NCBI GenBank assembly: GCA_951406725.2
Contig: OX597822.1
Span: 80,600,001 to 80,664,000, forward strand
Source: Octopus vulgaris
Taxonomy: Eukaryota
DNA: 64,000 bases
Direction: 5' to 3'
Translations under genes and position numbers: made by a program
The notes under the pieces: model-generated
Seen by the model: the letters and a program-made list of their open reading frames with translations, nothing else
What the model was told of the DNA's origin: nothing
Databases searched by the model: none
Part shown: one piece after another, positions 26,382 through 41,814 of the stretch
How positions within the stretch are numbered: the stretch's first letter is position 1
Layout: the number at the start of each line of letters is the position of its first letter

Positions 26382-26462
26382 AGCTTACAGCTGTTACTGC
26401 TACGAGATGCAATGCACTCACAATCGGGTGCTTGTGCATCACATTATAGCTTCGTCAGAGCT
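26382..26462 (-). ncRNA. Type I hammerhead with long helix II (GAAA mutated to GTAA)
   Basis: agct CTGACGA agcta...gatgcacaagcacccgattgtgagtgcattgcatc...tagca GTAA cagctg TA agct. Confidence 0.75.
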
Positions 26463-27449
26463 TCAAATATGTAGTGTAATTTCGTTTAGGAAAGCATTTG
26501 CATAAATGTAAAATGTCACTGAAATGTAGAATCGATTTTGAAAGGAAAAGCCACTCCCAGAAATATGCAGATTTAGATACTTTTGTGTATATATGTGTCG
26601 ACAGATGGGCATACGATGAACCCCTGAAGAAATAACTATTTATGTGTCCCTAAAATATAGAGAGAATATTTAAGATAATACAGATTATACTTAGGAGTGA
26701 CCATAAAGAACCCAGAAAGAAAGAAGGAAAGGAGACAGGTAGAGATCAAGGGAAACTGAGAGGGAGAGAGAGAAAGAAGTCTAAAGAAACAGAGAAAAGA
26801 CTAGTGAGAGGAGAGAATCCCAGAGAGAGAGAGGTCTAAAGAGACAGAGAAAAGCCTAGAGAGAGAAAAACCTAGAGAAAGAAAGAGAATCCTAAAGAGA
26901 GAGAGAGAAACCTAGACACAGAGAGAGAAGCTTAGAGAGAGAGACAGAGAGGGAGAGAAAGAGAGAGTAGTGGAAAGGGATGGAGGGAGAGACAGATATC
27001 AAAGTTCTTGTAAAGTCGTAAGAGTGTCCAACACAAAAACTTTAGCCAGACTGACAATTTAGCTGACCTGTACAATGGAAAGTAAAGAGGTAGGACGCAG
27101 ACAAGAACGAATTTGGAGACAGGTATAGAGGAAGCATGTAGAGATACAGAAATAAATATTGCATACATGTATGCATATATACGAGCATACATAGTCATAC
27201 AAATACCTAATCATATAGAATGAGAGTTAGAGTATTGTAGGAAAATTAGGGAGAATGGTTGAACTAATAGTTAAGCATAGCAGCATGATAAGCAGAAGAA
27301 ACTTCACACACACACACCTACGCGCGCGCACGCACGTACAAGCACTAATATGCAATGGAACGACAGATCTATAACACTATTATATACCGTTGAAACGATT
27401 ATATCTGTATGTCTCTCTCTCTCTCTCTCACTTTACACACACACACACG

Positions 27450-27500
<51 letters not shown>

Positions 27501-27914
27501 GTGTTTGTAGAGAGATTAGCGAACAGGATATAATGTAAATAACAGATACAAACATTTACGTGCTAAATGGATATTTGGAATAGCTTTGAATGATATTCGA
27601 TTAGGAGTTTATAGTTTCAAATATTCAGTACGATCGCGGTCATTGATCTTGATCAGTGAAGAGAGAGAGGTTTTAACGAATCCAGTAAAGCGCATCGAAA
27701 CTCTTCGGGAAGAGTCGGAAACTAGAATCGTGGCTTTCCACTCCGTTACACTGTTAGTTACAGAGAAATTGTCAGCCTCACTTCTCATTGATTAACAGCA
27801 GCCGATTCTGTTTATGTGGACAGAGTTTTATGGGCGGAGGCACGATGCATTTTGAAAGTGTGTATTGGTGTTGATAGATACAGTTAGTGAGGCTGTACTT
27901 GCGCTGTACTGTGA

Positions 27915-28032
<118 letters not shown>

Positions 28033-30049
28033 TATTATATTAAATGTTTCTGCATGCTATTGCAGAGATTACGTTGGTAAGGATATCAATGTTTCATTGT
28101 GAATGAATGTTATTATGTGGTGGTTATTACATAAGGACCAAACCTTGTGGTTAAGAAACTCTTTTTGCAACCACATGTTTTGGGTTCGTTCTCCCAGCGC
28201 GGCACCTTTGCCAAGTGCCATTTATCTTCTAGAAAACCACCACGTTCGCATATCTATTCCAACATTAAATGTGTATGTTTGGTTGCAAGTTATGAAGATG
28301 CTGTGTAAAGTAATATGTTTCAAACATATAATATCTCTAGATCAGTGACATCAGTATTACAATTTTCTAATGCTTTACAGTGAAAGGATGTGCCTATAGT
28401 AAGTGTTCCACAGATTCAGGCTGAGTAAATCTAGAGTTCTTTCTCTTAGTAACCATATCGAAATATTTTATGCGTTCCAGTTAGGCCATTGTTGTAAATC
28501 ATTCACCGCTCTAATGCTATCGGTGATCTTCCTTATAATCTTCTTACTAATTAATCCTCGTTCTGCGTTAGCTAACTTGATTAATCTATTTATATAGGCA
28601 TAATTGTTTAACTGAATTCATCAAATGCCATCCTTAACGGTGACACAAATCTCTCATTGTGTAGGAATTCTTCCCTGCAATCTTGTGTCCGTTCAGTTTA
28701 AGTTAATTCTGTTAAGAAATGTAATCCCGAATAATACTATGAAGTAATGACGGTTATAAAAATAAGCCGATCCGAAACTTTTAATTAACAACGAATTAAA
28801 ATTTCTCCACTAATAGGAGTCAAAGACCAAAACAGTGTTACATTCGTTGCTCAATAACCTCAAATTATTGTAGTGAGAATAGCTTCGTCCGAAACCTATA
28901 ACATCAAGCGCTTTCCTACACACACACATACATAAACACACGCAAGCAAACACATGCTCATTGCTAGATGAATCACGTGATGTACTAGTATCATATGAAA
29001 ATAGGAATAGGGGCAATAGTGTCATTTGGAGGTGTTTTGGCTATTTATTTCGGACACGTCTTATTAATAATTACACGTCTTGTGTGTTTGATGGGTCGTA
29101 TGCAAATGAGAGAGTACAATATGGTTTGAAAGAGAAGTGGATTTTATTTCTATCAGTTCTAGCTACCACGCAGAGGTCTTTCTTGTTGATGTATATATAC
29201 ATATATACATACACAATTATACACATACATACATACACACATACATACAGATACATAGATACATACATACATACTTAAGTATGTACATACATATGTACGC
29301 ACGCAAATTCTTTCATACGTACACACGCATATACATACGTACATACGTACATGCATAAATACATACTTACATACATGTTAAAGAAACACATGTAGGCAAA
29401 TGCTGGTATATCTTATACCATATAATATAAATTCTAGATCTATTAATATTATATTTGTCTGCAGAGGATGTATCATAAGAAACAAATGGTGTTTAAGGCA
29501 AGCGCAATTTGAAATGGGGGAGATCATGGCAAGAATTAAAAGTTCTCCTTCGTTGACATACCATTAAGGAATAAAAAGGACAGGCTTATTCTCTGGAGAT
29601 AAAGAAGAGTGGAGGACACACGTTTCTGGCTGAATAGGTTTGTTCATACGATAATTGCTCAACATGATCGCCATTCGACATGTATATAAATGAATGGTTC
29701 TTTTACAAATACTTTCTTTCGTGAACTTTGAAGATATTTTATATTGAATATTTAATTTCAAAATAATATAGACTTAAACCAGATTAAATTCTCGAAGAAA
29801 CCAGAATGTCTCAGGTGAGATACACCTATAATTCAATGGACTGATTCCAGTGAAAAGTAGCACACAGATTAGGAGACGAAATGTGTATAATTTTCGATAG
29901 AAATTCAGAATTTCAAACGACCAAGATAAGTGTTATAATACGTTATTCTTTGTGATGGCAAATAATAAGAGCTTATTGATAAAATGGCAGACAGCTATAT
30001 CTATGAACGACTCTCTCTATATATATGCGTGTGTGTGTAAGCAGATTTA

Positions 30050-30191
<142 letters not shown>

Positions 30192-30197
30192 TGAATG

Positions 30198-30229
<32 letters not shown>

Positions 30230-30330
30230 TATAGATAGATAATTAAATAGAGAGATACATAGATAGATAAATAGGTAGATAGATAGAGACATAGATAAAT
30301 AGATAGATGGATAAATAGATAGATAGATAA

Positions 30331-30403
<73 letters not shown>

Positions 30404-30775
30404 CCGATCGATGTATACATACATATATAATATATGCATGCATACATATTGGTTCACACACACAGAGCAAGAAATAGGAAAGAGAAATTGATTGATTCAT
30501 CGATTGATTGATTCATGCATTTATATTTATGAAGAATGAATAAACAAAAGAACAAGCGCTAATCACAAAGTGTTCTTACGACAGAAATGGAGAGAGGGAG
30601 GGAGGGAGAGAAAGAGAGAGTGGGAAAATGGAGTGAGAGAAGCGAATCTAGAAATTAAGAGAACCTGAGGGAATAGCCAAAGTAGGAATATGAAGACTTG
30701 AAAGCTGAGAAAGAAATAAAGCCAAAATAATTAAAAGCATGCAATATATATGCGCGTATGCATGTATATGTACAC

Positions 30776-30880
<105 letters not shown>

Positions 30881-32089
30881 AGTGTGTGTGTGTGTGTACG
30901 CATAGCACACAGACCGAGAGAGAAAATAATAGAGAGAATGTAGGAGTTAGGGACAAAGAGAGAAAAAAGACGCCGAAGGAGAAGTTGAGAGAGAGTGAAA
31001 TAGGCGAAAAAGGAAAAGGGGTGAGAGCGATGAGATGTAATCACATTTATCTCCATAATCACCCATACATAATTGTTTCCATCACTTTTCATGAATTCTT
31101 AATTAAGTATTCGACTCATGAAATTATCACAGACCTAACTGCATTAAACGTCACATACGCTCGCCATTTTCGGTTTATATAATGAGATTTCTGTATGTGC
31201 GCATGCGTGGGTGTCCCTTTGAAATGGCACAGAAAACATTACGTCTGTTGCTGGGAACGGGATAGACAATGAGAATCAAAGAGAAATACACGTACAAGCA
31301 TTTGAAGTACAAAAACGGTGATGAGTATTGATATGCATATCTAGGAACGACGGTTGGTGTATACACCTAAAGCTTACGTTGATGTATTGCAAAGCAAACG
31401 TAGTAATTTGCTAATGAATCGAAATTTACCTCTTCGACATATTAAATAAATGCTTCGTGGTACATGTTAACGGTCATCAAAGAAAGACGGACCACTGAGA
31501 GACGTTAAAAGACCTGATACTCTATTCCCTGAAGATAAGATGCGAAAGACAAGCAGTGGTGTATATAATTTACTGGGTGACAATGAGGTAAAATATACAA
31601 AGCCCAGTATACTCATCATGACTAGTCGTCTGATAATTATACACCAGGTGTATGCATGACAACCATATGTGCGCGACATGGTGATCTCATATCAAGATTA
31701 ACAGCACATGATCTTACAGGTGGGGAACCAGTTAGAAGTTTCTTCAGGTTGGGTAGCCCATCCCGGTCAAAATGTTCCTGAATAAGGGTTGTTTAAGGGT
31801 GTTGAACGAGACACACGTTTCCAGAAGTGAATGATTCAAACCCAAAAGTATTCCTCTCAACACATGGCTGTGATGCTCCCCCACTACTTCTGCTGGTGAT
31901 TAGAGATGCACATATTGCTAGCCACTAAGAGACATGCTCTACTGGTTAATGTTAAACAACTGACAATCAAATCTGAGGTATTGAGCAGAATATTTGCTGT
32001 AGCCCATCTTTTATATCAAGACAAAACAATGTACATGACAACACTTGCAATCAGTTAAGATGAGAAGGCATGAAAGCCACTGCCTGGTA

Positions 32090-32376
32090 CTTCATCATCA
32101 TCACCATTATTGCTATTATTGTTGTTCTTCTTGTTATTATTATTATTATTGTTGTTCTTGTTATTGTTATTATTATTGTTCTTGTTATTGTTATTATTAT
32201 TGTTTTTCTTCTTCTTCTTCTTATTATTATTATTATTATTGTTCTTCTTATTATTGTTGTTCTTCTTGTTATTGTTATTATTATTGTTATTATCATTGTT
32301 CTTCTTGTTATTGTTATTATTATTGTTATTGTCATTGTTCTTCTTGTTATTGTTATTATTATTGTTATTATTATTA

Positions 32377-32419
<43 letters not shown>

Positions 32420-32640
32420 GGTTTATTCTGGTTGTAGAATAATTGTTATTATTATTATTATTGTTGTTGTTCTTGTTATTATTATTATTGTTGTTGTTCT
32501 TGTTATTATTATTATTATTGTTCTTCTTCTTATTATTATTATTATTGTTGTTCTTCTTGTTATTGTTATTATTATTGTTATTATTATTGTTCTTCTTGTT
32601 ATTGTTATTATTATTATTATTGCTGTTGTTGTTGTTGTTA
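32090..32640. repeat. Complex (ATT/GTT/CTT)n microsatellite
   Basis: Directly visible; source of the poly-I/L/Y ORFs. Confidence 0.95.
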
Positions 32641-33233
32641 TTTCTTCTTTATCACAGGTTTTGTTGGAGCCGCTCGAACTTTGCATGCAGTCTACGATAT
32701 CATGCTATTCGTTCTTTTCTGCTATCTAGTACTTACCTGATCATTCTGGTCGTGCCAAGGAGGCAAAACTTTTCTAACAGTTATACTGGGCACTCTATTC
32801 TAATTTCCTTTATATTCCTCTTGTCTCCTTCGGATATTGTTCCTAAGGGCACAACAATAATTGGCACTAAATTTACCTTCTTCAATTTCCATAGACGGGC
32901 GGTTTCGTACTTATAAGTGTTGTACCTATCGATCTTTACGCCTTCCTTGACTATTCGGTCAAAAGGTCTGCAACATCAACTATAAAGTATAGGTGATGCA
33001 CCTTGCCCACCACCACTCGGTCCGGTCTGTTATGCTCTAGCACCTGATTTGTTTGGATTGAGAAATCCCGGGGAACTTTTCTAGTCTTCGACTCAGCCAC
33101 TCTCTGCGGTTCGTTCTCATACCACGTCCTGCCTCTCTCTAGTCCCCACTTTTCTCACAGTTTCCAGTGGAACACTTTCGTTACTTTGATCGTGTCGCCA
33201 CAACTCGTAGTGGTTTGAGGTAAGTCCATGGCA

Positions 33234-33235
<2 letters not shown>
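32641..33235 (-). mobile_element. 5'-truncated Dong/R4-clade LINE 3' end with (AAT/AAC)n tail
   Basis: WRHDQ..KVFHWKL*EKWGLERGRTWYENEPQRV...DFSIQTNQVLEHNRPD...IVDVA...YETARLWKLKKVNLVPIIVVPLGTI...CLLGTTRMIR*VLD: RHD, RPD and D..D REL-endonuclease motifs. Confidence 0.9.
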
Positions 33236-33281
<46 letters not shown>

Positions 33282-33586
33282 GGTTTATTCTGGTTGTAGA
33301 GCTACGGTTACGTCTGTGCAAAATGCTATCATAGTCGGTGTTAGTCTTGTGACTGCAGTGACCTATGTTATGATTGTGCAATCAATATATATATGTGTGT
33401 GTTCATATATTATTATAACATAGGTCACTGCAGCGACAACATTAACAGCGACTATGGTAGCATATTGCACACACGTAACCGTAGCACTAAAACCAGCATA
33501 AACCGAGATACAAATATCCCCGATTCCGAGGAAAGGTCGGAGTACGACTAAAACGAATGCTAATTCTTCTGCTGCTGCTGCTATTG

Positions 33587-33655
<69 letters not shown>

Positions 33656-33682
33656 GTGGTGATAATAATAATAACAATAATG

Positions 33683-33739
<57 letters not shown>

Positions 33740-34732
33740 GGCAAGACGAAGAGTGCGATGCGATTGCAATAAATATATTATTCCTTGAACAATATTTCGA
33801 CACTCCGTTTGTCTTTCACAAGTTCGAAATTCAAATTGAAATTAAATTCAAAGAGAGGAAAAGCTGAAGCATTCAAAATTAAATCGGAATAACAGCGTTT
33901 CTTTCTAAGAAAAACGACGTCATTGGTCTTTGGTCTCTCAGAAAATGTAGCAGAAGGAAGGAAGGTAAGAAGAAAACAAAATGGATGAAAAGAAGCGGTG
34001 AAAAAATTATTCAGTCAAAACGTTTAGTATAACTATGGCGGGATTGACCTGCCATTTTATTAATTTCTCCAGTTCACAAATTTATCTATCCTCGTGGGTT
34101 TTGAGGACTCAAATTGCAGTGGAGTGAGAGCATTTTTTGAGAAGGTGCACATTCAGGCCCTCCTCAAATTTTTACTCGTTTGATGTGAAATGCTCCGCAG
34201 CTTTTGTGGAACCACTGTAATTGTGCCCGACGTCGTACCTAAGCCCGTTAAGTCATCTTGTAATCGCTCTGTTGTGCAACTAACATAAACCGCTTTGCAT
34301 TCCGCTCTATACGCCAAATGGGAATCCTTACAGCTCCCTCCTTCTGTGTAAATCCTAACATTTCTGTTATAAGTCTTGATGGAAATGATCTGACTCAGGT
34401 TATTGCACAACGAACAGTGCTTTTCTCTCTTAAGGGTATTTCTTTGGCGAAAGGGGGGGGCGATATGATGCAGTCTATTTTATTGAATTAATAAATAATA
34501 ATTGATGTAAGTCAATTGTTGTTCATTAATATTTCTCCGTTTCCTGTTTTCTTTAAATTATGATTCGTGATAAAATCATGTTTATCCTTGTCCTTACCTA
34601 TAATTAATGAGCGTGGTGTGTTTCCATATGTATACCCATAGTTAAAAATATGTAATATACATGTAGTATAATGGATACTTTTATTCCCCAGACGGTTATA
34701 TTAACCTCTAACTCAGTTAACTTATATATATA

Positions 34733-35160
34733 TAGGCGCAGGAATGGGTGTGCGGTAAGTAAAAACCACATGCGTGACACCTCGACCAAGTGACTTCTAC
34801 TATAGCCTCGGGCCGACCAAATATGAGTGGTTTTGGTAGACGGAAACTGAAAGAAGCCCGTCGTATATATATATATGTGTGTCTGTGCGTGTGTGTGTGT
34901 GTGTGTGTGCGTGTGTGTGCGTGTGCATATGTGTTTGTGCGTGCGTATTTGTGTGCGTGTGTGTATGCGTGTATAAGTTTGTCTATCTATGTTTGTTCCC
35001 CAACATCGCTTGACAACTGATACTGCTGTGTTTACGCCCCGTAAATTAGCTCTTCGGCAAAAGAGACCGATAGAATAAGTACTAGGCTTACAAAGAATAA
35101 GTCCTGGGGCCGATTTGCATGGCCGCAGTGAAATGACTGAACTAAATAAAAGAATAAAAT
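34733..35160 (+). mobile_element. SINE family A, near complete
   Basis: Head, internal (TG)n and tail catcgcttgacaac...gaccgatagaataagtactagg...gcatggccgcagt-aaatgactgaa. Confidence 0.85.
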
Positions 35161-35197
35161 AATTAAAGTATATATATCGGCAACGAGAAACTCAGAG

Positions 35198-35257
<60 letters not shown>

Positions 35258-35352
35258 TACATATACATATATACATATACATATATACATATAGATATAC
35301 ATATATATATATACACACATATATATATACATATATATACATATATATATAA

Positions 35353-35407
<55 letters not shown>

Positions 35408-35953
35408 CACACACATATGCACCTACATACATATACAGCGTGAGGATTAGATAGTTAAAGCACATCGTTCACATAAATGCAGTCAGTACGCATCAAAATA
35501 TTTAGGCTTAGTAAGAGATAGAGAAAGTGAACAAGGAGCATTTATTTCTTTGTATTATAAACTCATAAGCTTGTCATATAATGGAATCGTTGTCCTATTT
35601 AACTTAGCAGCGAACTCATTATAAGATTGAATCTGCGAAATCAATCCAGAAATCTTAACGTTAAAAAATGCAATGAAAATCACAGAAAAATCCATGCAAA
35701 TTCTGAATTGAATATTGCATGTTAGTTTTTCCTTCGTGTATAAGTGAACTTGCTTTCTGCTATTTTATTGGTGTGTTCGTCGTTATTCGTTAAACAATTG
35801 TCTTTATCAAATTGTGTTTTATTTCCAAATATTGAAGAGGAAACGGAAAAAGAGATAGCATTAGGTGTGTGATTGTGTATGTGTAGGTATGTTATGCTAT
35901 GTATGCATGTATGTATGAGCGGATATGAATATATATATGAATATATATATATA

Positions 35954-36000
<47 letters not shown>

Positions 36001-36004
36001 TTTA

Positions 36005-36047
<43 letters not shown>

Positions 36048-36189
36048 CATGCATACATGCCGATATATATATTTTTACATCTTTCTCCCTCTCTCTATAT
36101 ATATAGATAAGTGTGTATTTACATATGTATCTATACATTTATCAATGTATCCGTCTATCCTATCTATCCCTCCATCCATCCATCCATCC

Positions 36190-36258
<69 letters not shown>

Positions 36259-36654
36259 CAGACGCATATGTATGTGTGTGTGCTTGTGTGTGTATGAAAA
36301 TTACATTGGCATATATGCAATTCCATTGACATTTTCAGGTAAGTTATTTGATACGAATTCCAAGGACTTATAATAGCTTATCTTCATCAAAATTACATTT
36401 CGTTCATTCGATAGTCTCACAGAAGGTCGCAGGGCACAAAGTAGATGAATTAATTTCGGAAATGCACAAGCACTGGAGATTTGCACTCTTTTTCTCTCTT
36501 AAATTCTCAGTGAAGAATCGGAATACAATTGATTTGGAAAGGAATTAAGGATAATGGATATTAACATAAGCTTAATGGTGCAGATTATTAGTATAGGATG
36601 ATGTAGGTGATTAAACTGACGAGAGTACAGTTCACGATACGTATGTTACACTTT

Positions 36655-36987
<333 letters not shown>

Positions 36988-37844
36988 TGTATGTGACTGC
37001 AGCTTAACCGGGATCTACTGCTTCATGTAAAGCTATTGTACTATTATATACAGTTTCTTTTTTGGAATATTTGTTTGAAGATGTCTGTAACATCGCGAGC
37101 TATTTCACTCTTTTAGTCTGCATCAGTTTTTCTTGAAAAAGATCCGTTTTACAATACCACAATCGTTATATTGATCTGAATCTTAGTATAAAATCTTGCA
37201 ACTGCAACAGTACACGAGGAAAGGATCACACACTTCCGAAATGGTTATGTTGTTTTATAACTTCACCCGGACGTTGAATTTTTTCGATGTAACACTGATT
37301 GGAATAACTGGCTTTTCTTTTGCTTTCAAACTTTGAAATTCTTCAATGTAATCTAATTTAGTAAACTCATAGTCCTTGAGAGTACCATAGTACTGGTAGT
37401 ATTGAATTTCTTTAATGCTGAAACTGTGGCATCACCGGGTGACTAATTAATTTTACCGTTATTAAACACTACCAAATAATATAATTCTCATTCGGTGTAA
37501 ACAATTCTAGGTTATTCTTTCAGCGACCTTTTCATTAATTGTTTGATTTCTTGATCTTTTTCTCTGTTTGCATGATGGGGAGGCAAATGAAAAAATTCGT
37601 AGAAAAGGCACTCATAAAATATAAATTAGTAGTAACTACATTACCGCGAAATAATCAAAACTATTACAAATTTCAATATACGACACCCATGCAACACAAA
37701 TGAAATCAAATCACTGATTGCTAATTTACCAAAAGCTAGTATTCTCTAATCTATACAACAAAATAAAAATCCACACAGTAATGTTATCGTTATTAATACG
37801 TTGGTAGCCCAAGTGAAACACGTCAGTATATTTGTAGGTTCAGA

Positions 37845-38030
37845 AAGGCGACCAGTTGGCAGCAGCGTTAGAACATCGGACAAAATGCTTCGGGGTATTC
37901 TTCCGACTCTTTGCATTCTGAGTTCAAATAATGTTTCCCTCTAACGCTGATAAATGTCAAGCAACGCGGTCGATGTAATGGACATGTCCCATCCTGTTAA
38001 AACTTTCTGGCGATGTTTAAAATTAGAAAG
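37845..38030 (+). mobile_element. SINE family C, decayed
   Basis: ggcgaccagttggcagcagcgttag...aaaatgctt...ttctgagttcaaat. Confidence 0.65.
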
Positions 38031-40187
38031 AATATTTATTGATCCGGAGAGTATAAATTCAGCAAATCCGAGAGACCAGATGTTGACCCATCACTGAAAT
38101 AAGCACAACAATTCTATTTTTTTTTCTATGCTGCATTCCACCACTGGGCCTCCTCGTAGATTCTTCTTAAGTAAGTCTGACAGTGTTTATTGATATCACG
38201 AACGCTATTTTCATTTATCTTATTTTTCTTAATTTACTTTTTATTTTATGTTTACCTGTTTTCTACATACGTGTAGTCATGATAAGTTAGATTTCGTTCA
38301 CTCAACACAGAGCAATGGTTTAGCATTGCCATTATAACCGAATATAATTACTGATCTGTTGTATGAGTTCAGTAGCTGTATTCTCATATAATTTATTGCA
38401 TTTGTCTGATATTCAGTAATTTAGGTTAAGATTCATGTTAATATTCTGTAGATTGACGTATTTAATGATTAAGGAGAATGGAAGTTCCGACTCCCTGCTT
38501 TAGATAATCCTTTTAATATCTATCATAAACCCAAAATGAAGCATTTTATTTGACATTTTATCGGACAATTTTATTGGACAATATTACGTCTTGTTTCGAA
38601 ACCCTGTACTTACTGCTTACTTAAATTATTGCCGCCAGAATTATCGAAGGCAAGGACAAATTCGGTGGTGTTCAACCTCAGCAGAAAGATTGCCGTAACA
38701 AAATATAATGTATTTGTTTAAGTTAAAAGGACTTAGAAACATCGAGAGACGTGAAATAATTCGGTTTTAAAGGTGAAACTCGAAGTAGATGAAATTATAA
38801 ATAATAATGCGTTGGTTTAAAAACCCATTTAGTTATAATTAGTCGAATCATTCCCAGATCACTCGAAATTTCTAATTTTTTATGACGTAAACAATATACA
38901 ATTTTGCTGGTAAGGACAAAACTACTAAAATGGGTGGAGAAATTCGAAGGATCTTTTTGGTGCAATAGTAGAGTATTGTAGTTTGTAACTATAGTCTTTA
39001 TACAAAACTTCTCCTTATCCTATGCCACCGACTTCAAAAGATACAAATCGTAGCTACTATGCAAAAGTGTAGTAAGTCCAAAACGTTGCTATTTCAGAAA
39101 ACGAAAAATAGTTTCAACATTCCATATCAAAGCCGTTGTGCTACAGTTTGACAATTTTTGGTATCTTGGCATCTGAAGCAGCTGCAAATATGATAGTTTA
39201 ACCACAAGAATCGGCTTTTGCAAGCAAAAATAAATATTGAGAAACACACATTTGGCTAAATTTGGATATACGACAGTTTAACCAAATAGCAACGATTAAT
39301 TAAAAACGAAGCAGCGAGACTACCATAAAAGACAATAGCGTAGCCTACGTTAATGTACTTAATGTAGATGGTAAATACTTGTCGACGCATTGTATTACTG
39401 AGGAAATTTATTAGAACCAAAATATCAGCTGATTATTCATCATGTTTCCGAAAGATCGACTTAAATTAATATTGGTCGTCAAGATAATACGTTAATTTTC
39501 TCACTTTCTGTGGTCCTTTTGATCAAATTGTATTAATGATTAATGATAATTATAAAGTTTCTCATCACTGAAAAGATTATTTTAATTAACTGCAATTGTT
39601 GACTTCCTCATTTTTCTAACATATTACATATGTTAACATTCTAAAGAATAATTATAAAGATCGGCTGCGTATATAGTCAACAAATAAATGTGTGATTTTA
39701 ATTATGTCCTTCATACAACGGCGGAATTAGTGAAAGAGGATTAACATGGTGATCAGAAGTTAAAATAACACAAGAATATATCAGCATCGTAATATGAACA
39801 AGGGAAATAACACAGAAAGTTCCTTGTTTATTCGGCTTCATCAGCAAAGGAGTAATGTTCACCAATGTTTGATGGTGCAGTAGTAAGTAACTAACTCTTT
39901 GGCACGAAATAGAAAAAAAAACCATTGTATGACGCTGAAAAGTGTGATTATTTGATAACTTAATTATAAAGTGACACTGACCACATAAGTAATAAAAATT
40001 GAATTTGATTACTTCCAATGTTTTGAACAGAGATCACAACAGTTGAGCTAAAAGTGGTGATTATAGAAAATTTAATTATCAATAATTAAATTATCAACTA
40101 CACTCAATTCCCAACAATAATCAATGCTTTTGCGCATATTCTAAACATTTAGCTGGCTACTACAGGACCAATTAGCAATGTCAGAAG

Positions 40188-40344
<157 letters not shown>

Positions 40345-40454
40345 TGAGGAGTAGATAGACTGTCGACAACTGTGTTACTTGTCATGTTTTCCATTTTTCT
40401 ATCTCGTTTGTGTATTTAACTCGCACACACAGACGCGCGCAAAAAACGGTTAAA

Positions 40455-41552
40455 TCTATATATATAAAACTCAACTTGTGTGTCTGTGTGTGTATCTGTG
40501 TGTGTGTGTGTGTGTGTGTTTAACTTCCCGGCACTTCTCCTAGCCAACAAATCGTAGAACCACCAAAAATGGGTCATGAAATGGCGAATGAAAATTGAAC
40601 TCCGCTATTTCTGTTCCGAAATTCATTTCGCAAGTGCAAAAATCGATAATGTGTTTGTTTAGGCCTTATCCCATGCATTGAATAGTGGACTTTATTCAGT
40701 CAGCTGTTTGACGTGAACTGTGTTCACCACGCGTGCAAGCTGGCGTAATTGCATGAAAAATAAAAAGCATCAAGATATAAAAACGAATCGCCGTAAACAT
40801 TGTAGAAATTCGGCAAAGAAATGAATTTTCGGGATGTAGCCTGGAAGGTTTTTTCGTATTAATTGTTTGGACTTTGTGAACACATACCAATTGTTTTCAT
40901 AACATTTTAACGCTTTGAATTAAATGTGACCATTTTGCGTTGAGTCTGCAGTTTGAATCACTTTAACCAAATTTTATCAGGCCGGATTTTTGATCATCAC
41001 GATACATCGCCAGCGACTCCCTGAAACTCTCCCCTGAAATCCCCGTTGCGAAATCAATATATATAAAACTCAACTTGTGTATTGTGTGTGTATATGTGTG
41101 TGTGTCTGTGTGTTTAACTTTTGGATCTACCAAGTTTCATTATTAAGGATGGAAAGTAGTGTGTAGCAAATCTATATATATATATAGCTGAAGTTGTCTG
41201 TGGGTGGCAGGTTTGGTAGCCTTCAACTAACACTATCTTCTTCGAGACCCTGTAGCGCAAGTTGACCAAAATTGAGAGTATGATAGAAGAAGGCTTGCTC
41301 TGTAGAAGATAGAATTCAAATCGGACCATGTTAACACCAAAAATTATTTACATCAAAAAGGTACTTTTTTTCTATGAAAATCCCTTTTTTTACGATGTTT
41401 GACTGCTGTGTCACCATTTTTCGGTGTATTTCAACTGGAAAAATGTTCACTTGAAGAGAATAACAAGTTGCATAATGCAAAATCTTTATTTTTCAAACAT
41501 TCCAATTCTAAAGGGTCGAAACAAACCCAAGCAACACCGGGTGATACTGCTA

Positions 41553-41553
<1 letters not shown>
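40455..41553 (+). mobile_element. Non-autonomous Helitron-like array (three TC-start heads, one CTAG end)
   Basis: a|TCtatatatataaaactcaacttgtg at 40455, a similar head at 41054 and a|TCtatatatatatatagctgaagttg at 41171; 3' end gcaacaccgggtgatactgCTAG|t at 41553. Confidence 0.7.
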
Positions 41554-41589
<36 letters not shown>

Positions 41590-41770
41590 CCATCATAGAT
41601 CGTTAGCCACGACACACATTTATTTCTCTCCTTCTTTCTTCTGTGTCGCTTTCTGTAGAAGAGCGTAGGCTCGAAGCGTAAAATACTTTTTCTATACCTG
41701 AGCGCTATACTAATACATCTGTTTGTCGTCTACACCACCTGTCTTCGTCTTTTGCTTTTTCGTAAACTCT

Positions 41771-41775
<5 letters not shown>
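41590..41775 (+). repeat. Short dispersed repeat between (TA)n tracts with hammerhead-like core
   Basis: tagaaGAGC-gtag-GCTCgaagcgta; the 3' part gagcg..actaatacatctgtttg...gtcttcgtc recurs at 53956-54030. Confidence 0.55.

Positions 41776-41814
<39 letters not shown>

Noticed and set aside
31640-32090. Probable unclassified interspersed repeat
   Set aside because: Only one copy in the window and no diagnostic ends or ORF, so it cannot be supported from this sequence
32045-32916. Long hydrophobic or Cys/Tyr-rich ORFs resembling membrane proteins
   Set aside because: Stop-free frames of an ATT/GTT/CTT microsatellite
34030-34180. Possible DNA-transposon (Transib-like) terminus
   Set aside because: No matching opposite TIR or TSD found
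38800-39200. RFVSFEVGG / IWNV fragments suggesting a PIF/Harbinger transposase
   Set aside because: Fragments too short and out of frame to support a call without a profile search
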